Source: Bacteroidota bacterium (lineage in GTDB: Bacteria > Bacteroidota > Bacteroidia > Bacteroidales > GCA-2748055). From it: a stretch of DNA of 64,000 bases. The position numbers and the translations under genes were made by a program. Each line of letters opens with the position of its first letter. Position 1 is the first letter of the stretch. Below, piece after piece: positions 1 through 10,205 of this stretch. The stretch is from assembly GCA_049325415.1 (NCBI GenBank), contig JBMOLL010000015.1:14923-78922 (forward strand), read 5' to 3'. The notes below the pieces were generated by a model that worked only from the letters and a program-made list of their open reading frames with translations, had not been told where the DNA came from and made no database searches.

Positions 1-229
1 ATGCACCGGTTTTTCCGGAAATAACACCCGAACGGGTATAACGGCTCTTCCTTTTACTACCGTAACGCATGGTGTTTACATCCGTTACGTTTACACTGTA
101 TAACTCTTCAACAGCCTTTTTGATCTGCAGTTTATTCGCACTGCGCTCCACCACAAACCCGTAGCGGTTGAATCGCTCACCAAGAGCTGTCATCTTTTCG
201 GTTACGATCGGCTTCAGTAAAATATCCAT
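1..229 (-). CDS. rplW: 50S ribosomal protein uL23, partial (3' end beyond left edge)
   Basis: Minus-strand ORF with ATG at 229-227 that runs off the window. My translation is MDILLKPIVTEKMTALGERFNRYGFVVERSANKLQIKKAVEELYSVNV... It sits directly after rplD in canonical S10-operon order. Confidence 0.85.
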   Translation of the reverse strand, partial: MDILLKPIVTEKMTALGERFNRYGFVVERSANKLQIKKAVEELYSVNVTDVNTMRYGSKRKSRYTRSGVISGKTGA

Positions 230-250
230 GATCTGAATCTTCAAATATTG

Positions 251-874
251 TTAAGCTTTTTGCTGCAAAACGTCAAGTGAGCTCTCCACGAACAGCAGAG
301 CTGTTGCGTTCATAATCTCATAAGTGTTTAATTCTGAGAGAGTTACAACTTTAGAGTTCTGCAAATTTCGAGACGACAAATATAAGTTTTTATTTCTTTC
401 ATTTACAATGAAGAGCGATTTTTTATCGTCGACTTTCAAATTTTTCTGAATGGCTGTGAACTCCCTGGTTTTGGGTGTTTCGAAGGGGAAATCCTCCACA
501 ACGATCACCTGGTTTTTCAGGGCTTTATAGGTAAGAGCGGATTTCCTTGCCAGCTCTTTCACTTTCTTATTCAGTTTGAAGCTGTAGTCCCTCGGCTGGG
601 GCCCGAACATGCGGCCACCACCTCTGAAGAGCGGGTTTTTGATGGAACCGAAACGTGCTGTACCGGTACCCTTCTGCCGCTTGAGTTTACGTGTACTTCC
701 CGAGATCTCGTTGCGCTGCTTGGATTTATGGGTACCCTGGCGCTGGTTGGCAAGATACTGTTTGACATCAAGGTAGATGGCGTGATCATTGGGCTCAATG
801 CCGAAGATCTGCTCATCGAGTTTAACCTTCTTGCCGGTGCTCTTACCGCTGATATTTACTACATCTAACTCCAT
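251..874 (-). CDS. rplD: 50S ribosomal protein uL4
   Basis: ORF 251..877. The translation ([17 protein letters not shown]...[28 protein letters not shown]) is typical uL4. ATG at 874 overlaps the rplC stop (TGATG). The GTG at 877 is an alternative start. Confidence 0.95.
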   Translation of the reverse strand: MELDVVNISGKSTGKKVKLDEQIFGIEPNDHAIYLDVKQYLANQRQGTHKSKQRNEISGSTRKLKRQKGTGTARFGSIKNPLFRGGGRMFGPQPRDYSFKLNKKVKELARKSALTYKALKNQVIVVEDFPFETPKTREFTAIQKNLKVDDKKSLFIVNERNKNLYLSSRNLQNSKVVTLSELNTYEIMNATALLFVESSLDVLQQKA

Positions 875-1491
875 CACTTCTCAATAATTAAATATGAACC
901 ATTTGAACCTGGAACAGAACCCTTCAGAATCAGAAGGTTGTTCTCGGGAATGATCTTCATCACGCGAAGGTTGAGGATCTTTACCTTGTTGCCACCGGTA
1001 CGGCCGGCCATCCTCATCCCCTTGAATACCCTGGAGGGATAGGAGGAGGCACCCAGTGAACCGGGAGCACGCATCCTGTTATGCTGACCGTGTGTTGCAT
1101 CGTTTACACCGCCGAAGCCGTGACGCTTGACAACACCCTGGAATCCTTTACCCTTGGCAAGACCTGATACATCGAGCCAGTTGTCGTTGTTGAAGTAATC
1201 AACGGTGATCACGTCACCCGGTTTCCAGTCTTTTACAAAACCTTTCAATTCAATAACCTTCCTTTTGGGCGTGGTATTAGCTTTGGCAAAATGTCCGGCC
1301 ATAGGCTTGGGCGTATTCTTCTCCTTCTTCTCGTCGAATGAGAGCTGAACAGCAGCATAACCGTCTTTTTCCACCGTTTTGATCTGTGTAACCACGCAAG
1401 GACCAGCCTGGATTACGGTACAGGGAATATTCTTCCCTTCCGCATCATAAATGGAGGTCATTCCAATTTTTTTACCAATCAATCCTGGCAT
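874..1491 (-). CDS. rplC: 50S ribosomal protein uL3
   Basis: 205-aa ORF starting [16 protein letters not shown]..., with operon context between rpsJ and rplD. Confidence 0.95.
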   Translation of the reverse strand: MPGLIGKKIGMTSIYDAEGKNIPCTVIQAGPCVVTQIKTVEKDGYAAVQLSFDEKKEKNTPKPMAGHFAKANTTPKRKVIELKGFVKDWKPGDVITVDYFNNDNWLDVSGLAKGKGFQGVVKRHGFGGVNDATHGQHNRMRAPGSLGASSYPSRVFKGMRMAGRTGGNKVKILNLRVMKIIPENNLLILKGSVPGSNGSYLIIEK

Positions 1492-1512
1492 CTTATTTTG
1501 ATTTTATCCTGA

Positions 1513-1818
1513 TTAAACTTTTATTTCAACCTCTACACCACTGGGAAGCTCAAGTTTCATAAGAGCATCAATGGTTTTGGGTGTGGAGCTGTAAATATCC
1601 AGCAGCCTTTTAAAAGAGCTCAGCTGGAACTGCTCCCTGGCCTTCTTGTTCACGAAAGGTGAGCGAAGAACGGTATAGACCCTCTTGTGTGTGGGAAGAG
1701 GAACCGGACCGCTGACCACTGCCCCTGTCGATTTAACCGTCTTTACGATCTTCTCTGCAGACTTATCCACCAGATTGTGGTCGTACGACTTCAATTTAAT
1801 TCTGATTTTCTGGCTCAT
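1513..1818 (-). CDS. rpsJ: 30S ribosomal protein uS10
   Basis: 101-aa [28 protein letters not shown]..., a classical S10 sequence and position. Confidence 0.95.
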   Translation of the reverse strand: MSQKIRIKLKSYDHNLVDKSAEKIVKTVKSTGAVVSGPVPLPTHKRVYTVLRSPFVNKKAREQFQLSSFKRLLDIYSSTPKTIDALMKLELPSGVEVEIKV

Positions 1819-1838
1819 TCTTATCTGAATTATTAATA

Positions 1839-3935
1839 CTATTTACCATTAACCTTTTCAAGGATCTGAGTAGCAAGCGCCGGTGGCACCTGCTCATAGT
1901 GACTGAACTCCATGGTTGAACTTGCCCTTCCCGAAGACAGGGTACGGAGAACGGTTACGTAACCGAACTGCTCTGCCAGCGGAACCTTGGCTTTGATCAG
2001 CCTTGCTCCAGCCTTGGAATCCATTCCTTCCACTTGCCCGCGACGCTTGTTCAGGTCGGAGATCACATCGCCCATATATTCCTCTGGGGTTACCACCTCG
2101 ACCGACATAATCGGTTCCAGAAGAATGGGTGCGGCTTTAAGACCGGCATGACGGAACGCCTGCCGTGCAGCAATCTCAAACGAAAGTGCATCACTGTCAA
2201 CACTGTGATAAGACCCATCGACGAGGCGAACCTTCATGTTGTCGATTGCAAACCCGGCAATGGGGCCATTCAGCATGGCATTGATAAAACCTTTTTCAAT
2301 GGCAGGGATATATTCCTTCGGCACGTTGCCTCCCTTTACCTCATTGACAAACTGAAGACCCTTGAAATCGGGATCAGCCGGTCCGATGTAAATTTCGATA
2401 TCGGCAAACTTACCCTTACCACCCGACTGTTTCTTGAACACTTCCCTGTGGTGGTATTCCTGTGTAAGCGCTTCCTTATAGTTCACCTGGGGATTACCCA
2501 CGTTGCATTCGACTTTGAACTCCCGTTTGAGCCTGTCGAGCAGGATCTCGAGATGAAGTTCGCCCATCCCGCTGATGATGGTCTGACCGGAATCCGGATC
2601 AACCTTGATCTGGAAGGTAGGATCTTCCTCTGCCAGCTTGTTCAAGGCCATGCCCAGCTTGTCGATATCCAACTGGGTCTTGGGTTCAATGGCAATGCCG
2701 ATTACCGGATCGGGGAACACAATCGGCTCGAGGATCATCGGTTTATTGACCGTTGTAATACTATCCCCTGTCCTGACTTCCTTCAGTCCGACCACGGCGC
2801 AGATATCACCTGCTTCAATACGTTTTTTGGGATTCTGCTTATTCGCGTGCATCTGATAGATGCGGTTGATACGTTCTTTCTTCCCTGTACGGTTGTTCAG
2901 AACGGTAATACCTTCTTCAACGGCGCCCGAATAAACCCTCATGTAAGCCAGACGGCCGACAAAGGGATCGGTTGCGATCTTGAAGATAAGTCCGGTGAGG
3001 GGCTCCTCGTTATCCGGCTTGCGACTGATTTCTTTTTCGGTATTGGGATCGGTACCTTTAACGGGGCCGATGTCTTCCGGGCTCGGAAGCAGGCAGGCAA
3101 CTGCATCAAGCAGTCGCTGAATTCCCTTGTTTTTGAAGGCTGATCCGCACATTACCGGAACGATCTGCATATTGATCGTTGCCCTGCGGGTATAGGCCAT
3201 GAATTCCTCCACGGAGATGGATTCGCGGTCCTCCAGGAAGCGTTCGAGGAGATCATCATCGGAAACGCATACGGCTTCCACGAGTTTTTCCCTCCACTCT
3301 TCCACCTGTTCGATCATATCTTCCGGGATCTCGCAGTACTCGTATTTCATACCGAGTGTCTCATCCTCTTTCCAGACGATGGCCCTGCGTTCGATCAGGT
3401 CGACGATACCGGTGAAATTATCTTCCGAACCAATAGGAAGCTGCATGGGCACCGGGTTGGCTCCCAGGCGTTTTCTCATTTCGGCGATAACGCCAAAAAA
3501 ATCGGCACCCGTACGATCCATTTTGTTAATAAATGCGATCCTGGGTACCCTGTATTTATCTGCCTGTCTCCAGACTGTCTCAGATTGCGGCTCCACACCT
3601 CCCACAGCACAGAATACGGCAATGGTGCCGTCGAGTACTCTGAGTGAACGTTCTACCTCAACGGTAAAATCTACGTGACCGGGGGTATCAATAATATTGA
3701 TCTTATACTCCCTGTCCTTGTATTTCCAGAAAGTGGTGGTGGCTGCCGATGTAATGGTGATTCCGCGCTCCTGTTCCTGAACCATCCAGTCCATTGTAGC
3801 TGCTCCGTCATGGACTTCACCGATGCGATGGGTTATCCCCGTATAGAACAGAATGCGTTCTGTAGTGGTGGTCTTCCCGGCATCGATGTGCGCCATGATC
3901 CCTATGTTCCTTGTATATTTAAGTTCCGGGTTCAT
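1839..3935 (-). CDS. fusA: Translation elongation factor G
   Basis: 698-aa ORF with G-domain motifs [17 protein letters not shown] and NKMD. It follows rpsL-rpsG. Confidence 0.97.
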   Translation of the reverse strand: MNPELKYTRNIGIMAHIDAGKTTTTERILFYTGITHRIGEVHDGAATMDWMVQEQERGITITSAATTTFWKYKDREYKINIIDTPGHVDFTVEVERSLRVLDGTIAVFCAVGGVEPQSETVWRQADKYRVPRIAFINKMDRTGADFFGVIAEMRKRLGANPVPMQLPIGSEDNFTGIVDLIERRAIVWKEDETLGMKYEYCEIPEDMIEQVEEWREKLVEAVCVSDDDLLERFLEDRESISVEEFMAYTRRATINMQIVPVMCGSAFKNKGIQRLLDAVACLLPSPEDIGPVKGTDPNTEKEISRKPDNEEPLTGLIFKIATDPFVGRLAYMRVYSGAVEEGITVLNNRTGKKERINRIYQMHANKQNPKKRIEAGDICAVVGLKEVRTGDSITTVNKPMILEPIVFPDPVIGIAIEPKTQLDIDKLGMALNKLAEEDPTFQIKVDPDSGQTIISGMGELHLEILLDRLKREFKVECNVGNPQVNYKEALTQEYHHREVFKKQSGGKGKFADIEIYIGPADPDFKGLQFVNEVKGGNVPKEYIPAIEKGFINAMLNGPIAGFAIDNMKVRLVDGSYHSVDSDALSFEIAARQAFRHAGLKAAPILLEPIMSVEVVTPEEYMGDVISDLNKRRGQVEGMDSKAGARLIKAKVPLAEQFGYVTVLRTLSSGRASSTMEFSHYEQVPPALATQILEKVNGK

Positions 3936-3997
3936 GAATTACTGCACACTTACCTCTCTAATCTCTACGCGTCTAAAAAAATGTATCTTATAAAAAA

Positions 3998-4474
3998 TTA
4001 AAACCTGAAATGGGCAAACGCTTTGTTGGCTTCGGCCATACGGTGGGTATCCTCTTTCTTCTTATAGGCTCCACCTTCCTGGTTGTAAGCAGCAACAATT
4101 TCTGCCGCGAGTTTATCGCTCATCGATTTGCCGGTACGTTTACGGGCAAAAAGAATAAGGTTTTTCATGGATATTGAGACTTTCCTGTCGGCCCTTACTT
4201 CCAGGGGCACCTGAAAAGTGGCGCCTCCAACCCGGCGGCTCTTCACTTCTACATGCGGGGTAACGTTGTCCAGCGCCTGTTTCCAGATCTCCAGCGCAGG
4301 TTTTCCGTCATTCTTGGTCCTGGCTTCAACCAGTTCCATAGCATCATAGAAAATCCTGTAGGCCACACTCTTCTTACCACTTAACATAAGGTTATTTACA
4401 AACCTGGTTACTTCCGGATCCTTAAATTTCGGGTCGGGTAAGATGATTCTCTTCTTGGGTTTTGCCTTTCTCAT
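3998..4474 (-). CDS. rpsG: 30S ribosomal protein uS7
   Basis: 158-aa [22 protein letters not shown]..., in str operon order. Confidence 0.95.
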   Translation of the reverse strand: MRKAKPKKRIILPDPKFKDPEVTRFVNNLMLSGKKSVAYRIFYDAMELVEARTKNDGKPALEIWKQALDNVTPHVEVKSRRVGGATFQVPLEVRADRKVSISMKNLILFARKRTGKSMSDKLAAEIVAAYNQEGGAYKKKEDTHRMAEANKAFAHFRF

Positions 4475-4499
4475 TATGAATCAAATGCTATTGTATAAC

Positions 4500-4877
4500 T
4501 TATTTTTTCTTCGGTCTTTTGGCTCCGTATTTCGAACGACGCTGTGTACGGCCATCAACACCAGCTGTGTCAAGCGCACCACGGATCAGGTGATACCTTA
4601 CACCGGGAAGGTCCTTAACCCTGCCCCCGCGGATCAGTACGATGGAGTGCTCCTGAAGGTTATGACCTTCCCCGGGAATGTAGGCGTTCACTTCCTTGCC
4701 GTTGGTCAGCCTTACCCTGGCTACCTTACGCATGGCCGAGTTAGGCTTCTTGGGTGTGGTCGTATATACACGCACACATACTCCCCTGCGCTGAGGACAG
4801 GAGTCCAGGGCCGGAGCCTTGCTCTTATCCACAATCTTGTTTCTTCCCTTGCGTACTAACTGTTGAATTGTCGGCAT
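4500..4877 (-). CDS. rpsL: 30S ribosomal protein uS12
   Basis: 125-aa [15 protein letters not shown]...[16 protein letters not shown], the first gene of the str operon. Confidence 0.95.
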   Translation of the reverse strand: MPTIQQLVRKGRNKIVDKSKAPALDSCPQRRGVCVRVYTTTPKKPNSAMRKVARVRLTNGKEVNAYIPGEGHNLQEHSIVLIRGGRVKDLPGVRYHLIRGALDTAGVDGRTQRRSKYGAKRPKKK

Positions 4878-4926
4878 AAAACAATAATCTGTTGATTAAA
4901 AAATATTTCGATCAAAATTGGATCGC

Positions 4927-4934
4927 AAAGGTAT
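4927..4934 (-). promoter_or_regulatory. Candidate Bacteroidota -7 promoter box (TACCTTTG) for rpsL
   Basis: The minus strand reads TACCTTTG, an exact TAnnTTTG match, about 50 nt upstream of the rpsL ATG. Confidence 0.45.
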
Positions 4935-5160
4935 TAGTTTTTTTTAAAAAACAATAATTTTTCAAGAATTTCTTGTTCCGGATCAGTAATCTTTCAAATC
5001 CCTTTAAAAATAGGGCCTCTGGCGCAGGCGCTTTTCCCACCGTAAAAAAATACCGGTGCATTGTTAATAACTCCCCTGAAGGGCGGGTGCAATATTAACG
5101 ATTTTTGCAGGTTATTTTCACCAAAAAAGGGGCAAAGTTGGTTTGAATCAAAAAATTATT

Positions 5161-5168
5161 ACTTTTGC
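5161..5168 (+). promoter_or_regulatory. Candidate -7 promoter box (TACTTTTG) for the EF-G paralog
   Basis: Exact TAnnTTTG match with a TTTG at 5143-5146 upstream, although that spacing is shorter than ideal. It implies a ~200-nt leader. Confidence 0.35.
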
Positions 5169-5371
5169 AAGGCCCGGCCCGAAAGTGGTTCAAAACAGCG
5201 GGCAGAGCCGGCGGAATAAAGGTGGCAGAGGCCCCGGCCGGGTCAATCAGGTTCTAATTATATAAGGTATGGTTCCGGGACAGCCCTGTGATTCCATTGG
5301 GCGCCCCTGTGGTTCATATTCACTGTTCCGGAAAAAAATAAGAACTTAACTACATAACAATTATTTAAAGG

Positions 5372-7528
5372 ATGAAAACATACTTAACCAATCAAATCAA
5401 GAACATTGCGCTGGTTGGGAACGCCGGTTCCGGAAAAACAACCCTGGCAGAATGCCTCCTTCAGGAAGGAGGCGTTATCGATCGTCGTGGTGATGTTGAC
5501 AGCAGGAACACTGTTTCCGATTACAACCTGATCGAACAGGAGAACTCTGCCTCCATGTACTCCAGCGTTATGTACGCTGAGTTCAACGGTGGAAAGATCA
5601 ACTTCCTGGATGTTCCGGGTGCCGATGATTTTGTTGGAGGAACCATCTCCAGCCTTCATGTGGCCGACAATGCCCTGATGCTGATCAATGCCCAGAACGG
5701 AGTGGAAGTGGGAACCGAGATCCACAATCGCTGGCTGAACAGGTTTCACAAACCCATGATCATTGCCATCAACCATTGCGATCACGACAAAGCCAATTTT
5801 GAAAAAGCCATTGAATCGGTTAAGGAAAGTTTTGGCCCTGCTGTCATCCTCGCCCAGTACCCTGTGAATGCCGGTCCCGGATTCGATTCGATCGTCGACC
5901 TGATCCAGATGAAATTATACAAATATCCGAAGGAAGGCGGTAAGCCCCAGATTATGGATATTCCTGCTGAAGAAGCCGACCATGCCGAGGAACTCCGTTC
6001 TGAGCTGATTGAAAAAGCAGCTGAAAACGACGAAAAACTGATGGAGATCTTCTTCGAGAACGACACCCTCACCGAAGATGAAATGAGATCCGGTATCAGC
6101 GCAGGTCTGCTTTCAAGGGGTATGTTCCCTGTATTCTGCATCTCTGCAAAGAAAAATATCGGCGTGGCACGTCTGATGGAATTCATCATCAATGCAGCTC
6201 CGACAGCCGACATGCTGCCTGCACCGAAAGACAAGAGCGGAAAGGAAATCAAGGTTGATGCCTCTGCTCCCACTTCTCTGTTTATCTTCAAAACCACCGT
6301 CGAATCACACATCGGAGAGATCAACTTCTTCAAGGTGATGTCGGGAAAGGTGACGGAAGGTATGGACCTTGTTAACAGCAAGACCCAGAACAAGGAACGC
6401 ATCTCACAGATCTTTGCTCCCTTTGGAAAGAACCGTACCAAAGTGACCGAAATGGTCGCCGGTGACATCGGCTGTACAGTCAAACTGAAAGCCACGAAAG
6501 TCGAGCAGACCCTCTCCGCCCCGGGCAGCGACATCGTCTTTCCCCCCATCCCCTTCCCGGAAGCGAAATTCCGTACGGCCATCAGACCGCTCAGTGAAGG
6601 TGATGAAGAAAAAATGGGTGAAGCCCTCAACAGGATCCACGATGAAGATCCGACCGTAAAAGTGGAATACTCCAAGGAACTCAAGCAGATCATTCTCTCC
6701 GGTCAGGGAGAATATCACCTGAATATTGTGAAATGGTTGCTTGAAAACCTCTATAAGGTGGAAACGGAATTTGTCAAACCCAAGATCCCCTACCGTGAGA
6801 CAATTACACGCGCCCAACAGGCCGACTACCGCCATAAGAAACAGTCGGGCGGTGCCGGACAGTTCGGTGAAGTTCACCTTATCATTGAGCCTCACGTGGA
6901 AGGTGTTCCGGATAAGGATATGTTCAAGATCAACGGTAAGGAACAGAAGATCTCCGTACGCGACCGTGAAGAACACAACCTTCCCTGGGGTGGTAAACTG
7001 ATCTTCCTTAACTGTATCGTCGGTGGCTCCATCGATGCCCGCTTCCTCCCCGCCATCCTGAAAGGGATTATGGAAAAGATGGAAGAAGGCCCGCTCACCG
7101 GTTCCTATGCCCGTGACATTAAAGTCTATGTGTACGACGGCAAGATGCACCCGGTCGACTCCAACGAAATCTCCTTCAGGCTTGCCGGGCGTAATGCCTT
7201 CAGCCAGGCCTTTAAGGAAGCCGGAGCAAAGATCCTCGAACCGATCTATATCGTCGAAGTTCTTGTTCCTTCCGACAGGATGGGTGACGTGATGAGCGAC
7301 CTTCAGGGAAGAAGAGCCATCGTTATGGGTATGTCGAGCGAAAAAGGCTTTGAGAAAATCACAGCACGCGTCCCGCTCGCTGAAATGAACAAGTATTCGA
7401 CGGCCCTCAGCTCCATCACCGGCGGACGTGCCATGTACAGCCTTCGCTTCGATGAGTATGCCCAGGTTCCCGGCGATGTTCAGGAAGCCCTTCTTAAGGC
7501 TTACGAAGAGGAACAGGACGAAGAATAA
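5372..7528 (+). CDS. EF-G2-like translational GTPase (elongation factor G paralog)
   Basis: 718-aa ORF with P-loop GNAGSGKTT, switch II DVPGADDF and NHCD. The EF-G domain IV/V region reads YRHKKQSGGAGQFGEV. It is divergent from the str operon. Confidence 0.9.
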   Translation: MKTYLTNQIKNIALVGNAGSGKTTLAECLLQEGGVIDRRGDVDSRNTVSDYNLIEQENSASMYSSVMYAEFNGGKINFLDVPGADDFVGGTISSLHVADNALMLINAQNGVEVGTEIHNRWLNRFHKPMIIAINHCDHDKANFEKAIESVKESFGPAVILAQYPVNAGPGFDSIVDLIQMKLYKYPKEGGKPQIMDIPAEEADHAEELRSELIEKAAENDEKLMEIFFENDTLTEDEMRSGISAGLLSRGMFPVFCISAKKNIGVARLMEFIINAAPTADMLPAPKDKSGKEIKVDASAPTSLFIFKTTVESHIGEINFFKVMSGKVTEGMDLVNSKTQNKERISQIFAPFGKNRTKVTEMVAGDIGCTVKLKATKVEQTLSAPGSDIVFPPIPFPEAKFRTAIRPLSEGDEEKMGEALNRIHDEDPTVKVEYSKELKQIILSGQGEYHLNIVKWLLENLYKVETEFVKPKIPYRETITRAQQADYRHKKQSGGAGQFGEVHLIIEPHVEGVPDKDMFKINGKEQKISVRDREEHNLPWGGKLIFLNCIVGGSIDARFLPAILKGIMEKMEEGPLTGSYARDIKVYVYDGKMHPVDSNEISFRLAGRNAFSQAFKEAGAKILEPIYIVEVLVPSDRMGDVMSDLQGRRAIVMGMSSEKGFEKITARVPLAEMNKYSTALSSITGGRAMYSLRFDEYAQVPGDVQEALLKAYEEEQDEE

Positions 7529-7551
7529 GTTCCTGGTGACCCACAGAAAAA

Positions 7552-7578
7552 AGCTGTCCGCACCGGACAGCTTTTTTT
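7552..7578 (+). terminator. Rho-independent terminator after the EF-G paralog
   Basis: A perfect 9-bp stem (AGCTGTCCG / CGGACAGCT) with a CAC loop is followed by T7, 24 nt after the stop codon. Confidence 0.85.
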
Positions 7579-7676
7579 CTGAAATTCAAGAAGCTCCTTT
7601 GATCCATTTTTATTCCACAGCGTTATTAAAGTTTAAGGGTGATATTTCAGCTTGTTAAATATTAAAATCTCCGGCT

Positions 7677-9116
7677 GTGCTTTTTAATTCCATTGATTTT
7701 GCCATTTTTCTGCCCGTTGTTTTTACCCTGTACTGGTTTGTCATCAATAAAAACCTGAACAGGCAGAATTTTCTGATCCTTGCTGTCAGCTATTTTTTCT
7801 ACGGCTACTGGGACTGGCGCTTCCTCTCGCTGATCCTCTTCAGCACCGTACTGGACTATTCAGTGGGTGTCGGCCTATCAAAGACAGGAAAGCCCGCTTC
7901 AAGGAAACTTCTCATCACCCTCAGTGTTGTTGTGAACCTGGGTTTCCTTGCCTTCTTCAAATACTATAATTTTTTCCTGGAGAACTTCATCTCAGCCTTC
8001 ACCTTTTTCGGAGCTGAGTTCAAAGCCAGTACCCTGAAAGTGATCCTCCCCGTGGGTATCAGTTTCTATACCTTCCAGACTCTGAGCTATTCCATTGATG
8101 TCTATAAAAGGAAAATAGAACCCACCAGGGACTTTGTTGCCTTTGCTGCTTTTGTTAGCTTTTTCCCGCAACTCGTGGCTGGCCCCATTGAAAGAGCCTC
8201 GAACCTGCTTCCCCAGTTTTACAGGAAACGACAATTCGATTATACCCTGGCCGTGAACGGGATGAAACAGATCCTGTGGGGCCTGTTTAAAAAGATGGTG
8301 ATCGCGGATAACTGTGCGCAGTACGTGAATATGGTTTTTCCGCACTCCTCCGACTATTCCGGAAGTTCGATCCTGCTTGCCGCCGTATTATTTGCCTTCC
8401 AGATCTACGGTGACTTTTCCGGGTATTCGGATATTGCGATCGGAACCGCCCGTCTTTTCGGGTTCAGTCTGATGCGCAACTTCGCCTTCCCTTATTTTTC
8501 AAGGGATATTGCCGAGTTCTGGAGAAGATGGCACATCTCACTCTCCACCTGGTTCAGGGATTACCTGTACATTCCCCTGGGAGGAAGCCGGGGAAATCTC
8601 CTGTTCAAGGTCAGAAATACCATGATCATCTTTATTGTCAGTGGTTTCTGGCACGGAGCCAACTGGACATTTATCATCTGGGGTGCACTGAACGCCCTGT
8701 ATTTTCTTCCCGTACTCCTTTCCAACAATAACAGGAAACATCTGGATATTGTCGCACGGGGAAAACTGTTTCCAGGTATCAGGGAGGCCCTGCAGATCCT
8801 CCTTACCTTCACCCTGACGGTTATTGCATGGATCTTCTTCCGTGCCGACTCACTGCATCATGCCTTTGAATGCCTTTCCAGCATTTTCTCTGCCTCACTG
8901 TTCACAGTTCCGCAGGACATCCCCTGGAAATCGGTGCTTGTGGTCATCGTTTTCATGGCCATTGAATGGCTCGGCAGGGAAAATGAGTTTGCCATTGAGA
9001 AGTTTGGCATCTCCACCCCCCGGCTGGTACGCTGGTCGTTCTATTCCACATTGATCTTTGCGATCATAATCCTGAAACCATCGGTAGTCACTTCCTTTAT
9101 CTATTTCCAATTTTAA
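7677..9116 (+). CDS. MBOAT-family membrane O-acyltransferase (AlgI/DltB/PatA-like)
   Basis: 479-aa polytopic ORF with a GTG start. N-terminus MLFNSIDFAIFLPVVF, internal FWRRWHISLSTWFRDYLYIPLGG and a conserved His in SGFWHGANW. Confidence 0.9.
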   Translation: MLFNSIDFAIFLPVVFTLYWFVINKNLNRQNFLILAVSYFFYGYWDWRFLSLILFSTVLDYSVGVGLSKTGKPASRKLLITLSVVVNLGFLAFFKYYNFFLENFISAFTFFGAEFKASTLKVILPVGISFYTFQTLSYSIDVYKRKIEPTRDFVAFAAFVSFFPQLVAGPIERASNLLPQFYRKRQFDYTLAVNGMKQILWGLFKKMVIADNCAQYVNMVFPHSSDYSGSSILLAAVLFAFQIYGDFSGYSDIAIGTARLFGFSLMRNFAFPYFSRDIAEFWRRWHISLSTWFRDYLYIPLGGSRGNLLFKVRNTMIIFIVSGFWHGANWTFIIWGALNALYFLPVLLSNNNRKHLDIVARGKLFPGIREALQILLTFTLTVIAWIFFRADSLHHAFECLSSIFSASLFTVPQDIPWKSVLVVIVFMAIEWLGRENEFAIEKFGISTPRLVRWSFYSTLIFAIIILKPSVVTSFIYFQF

Positions 9117-9126
9117 TCCCGGCCAC

Positions 9127-10065
9127 ATGAAGAAGTTCCTCCGCAAATTCTTTCTTTTCATTCCCTTTTTCCTGGCCTTTTATGTTGTACTGGTCATCAT
9201 TATGGACGAACTTGAATTCAGTAAACTGGATGACAAGAGTATCTATCCCATCGCCTCTTACGGACATCTGCAGACCAGACTGAAAGAGGTTAAGGAAACC
9301 AGTGATGTCGATATCCTGTTTATCGGTTCTTCACATACCTACCGGGGTTTTGATACACGGATCTTCCTGGAAGCAGGCTACAAATCATTTAACCTGGGTT
9401 CGTCGGCCCAGACACCCATCGAAACCCTGGTCCTCCTGAAACGCTACCTGAAGAAACTCAATCCAAAACTGGTGATCCTGGAGACCTTTCCCGATGTCTT
9501 CGAAAGTGATGGTGTCGAATCTTCCCTCGATCTGATCGCCAACGATAAAAACGACCTGAACTCCCTGAGTATGGCCTTGAAGGTAAACAGCAGGATGACA
9601 TATAATGCCTTGATATTTGGCTGGTTCAGAAATATCACCGGTTTAAATGAAACCATGGAAGAACCTTTAATAAGGGGAAATGACACCTATGTCAGCGGTG
9701 GCTTTGTAAGCCGCAAACCGGAGACCTTCGTGACCCATGAGCATTATCCCCCGAAATCCTTTCATTTCAGCAGAAAGCAGATCCGGAGCTTTGAAAAGAT
9801 CATCCGGATCCTTCAGAAAGAGGAACGGAAATATATCATCGTTCAACTGCCTATCACCAGTGATCTGTACCACTCCTATTCGAATGCCGCCAGTTTCGAT
9901 TCACTGGTGAGTTCTTATGGCACCTATATCAACTATAACGGAATTGTTGATCTCAGCGATTCCCTGGACTTTTTCGACAATAATCACCTGAATCAGAATG
10001 GGGTAAGCATTTTCGACAGAGAGGTTCTCAGGGAAATTGAGACTATGGGACTGATAAGAAAATGA
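9127..10065 (+). CDS. Membrane-anchored SGNH/DltD-like putative acyl-transfer partner
   Basis: 312-aa ORF with an N-terminal TM helix. It has a GSSH block (ILFIGSSHTY) and a C-terminal DxxH block (DNNHLNQNG). It starts 10 bp after the MBOAT gene. Confidence 0.55.
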   Translation: MKKFLRKFFLFIPFFLAFYVVLVIIMDELEFSKLDDKSIYPIASYGHLQTRLKEVKETSDVDILFIGSSHTYRGFDTRIFLEAGYKSFNLGSSAQTPIETLVLLKRYLKKLNPKLVILETFPDVFESDGVESSLDLIANDKNDLNSLSMALKVNSRMTYNALIFGWFRNITGLNETMEEPLIRGNDTYVSGGFVSRKPETFVTHEHYPPKSFHFSRKQIRSFEKIIRILQKEERKYIIVQLPITSDLYHSYSNAASFDSLVSSYGTYINYNGIVDLSDSLDFFDNNHLNQNGVSIFDREVLREIETMGLIRK

Positions 10066-10205
10066 AGGGAAAAAGTGTGCGCGTGAAGGATTGAGGATCG
10101 GATCAGTCCTGTCGGGCAGAAAATCCATTGCGAAAGGAAAGGGTTTCAAAGTGAACAGGATTTTCCCTAACTTTAACAGAACGCAAACCAACCCGACCCG
10201 GCAAC

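Noticed and set aside
2034-3143. 369-aa plus-strand ORF antisense to fusA. Similar long antisense ORFs occur at 5782-6693, 38533-39462 and 46188-46751.
   Set aside because: It is in codon register with the minus-strand fusA frame (2034 mod 3 matches the fusA codon boundaries). Its stop codons would therefore correspond to sense codons TTA, CTA and TCA, which this genome's C/G-ending codon bias avoids. The translation is low-complexity with no recognisable motifs. It is a shadow ORF.
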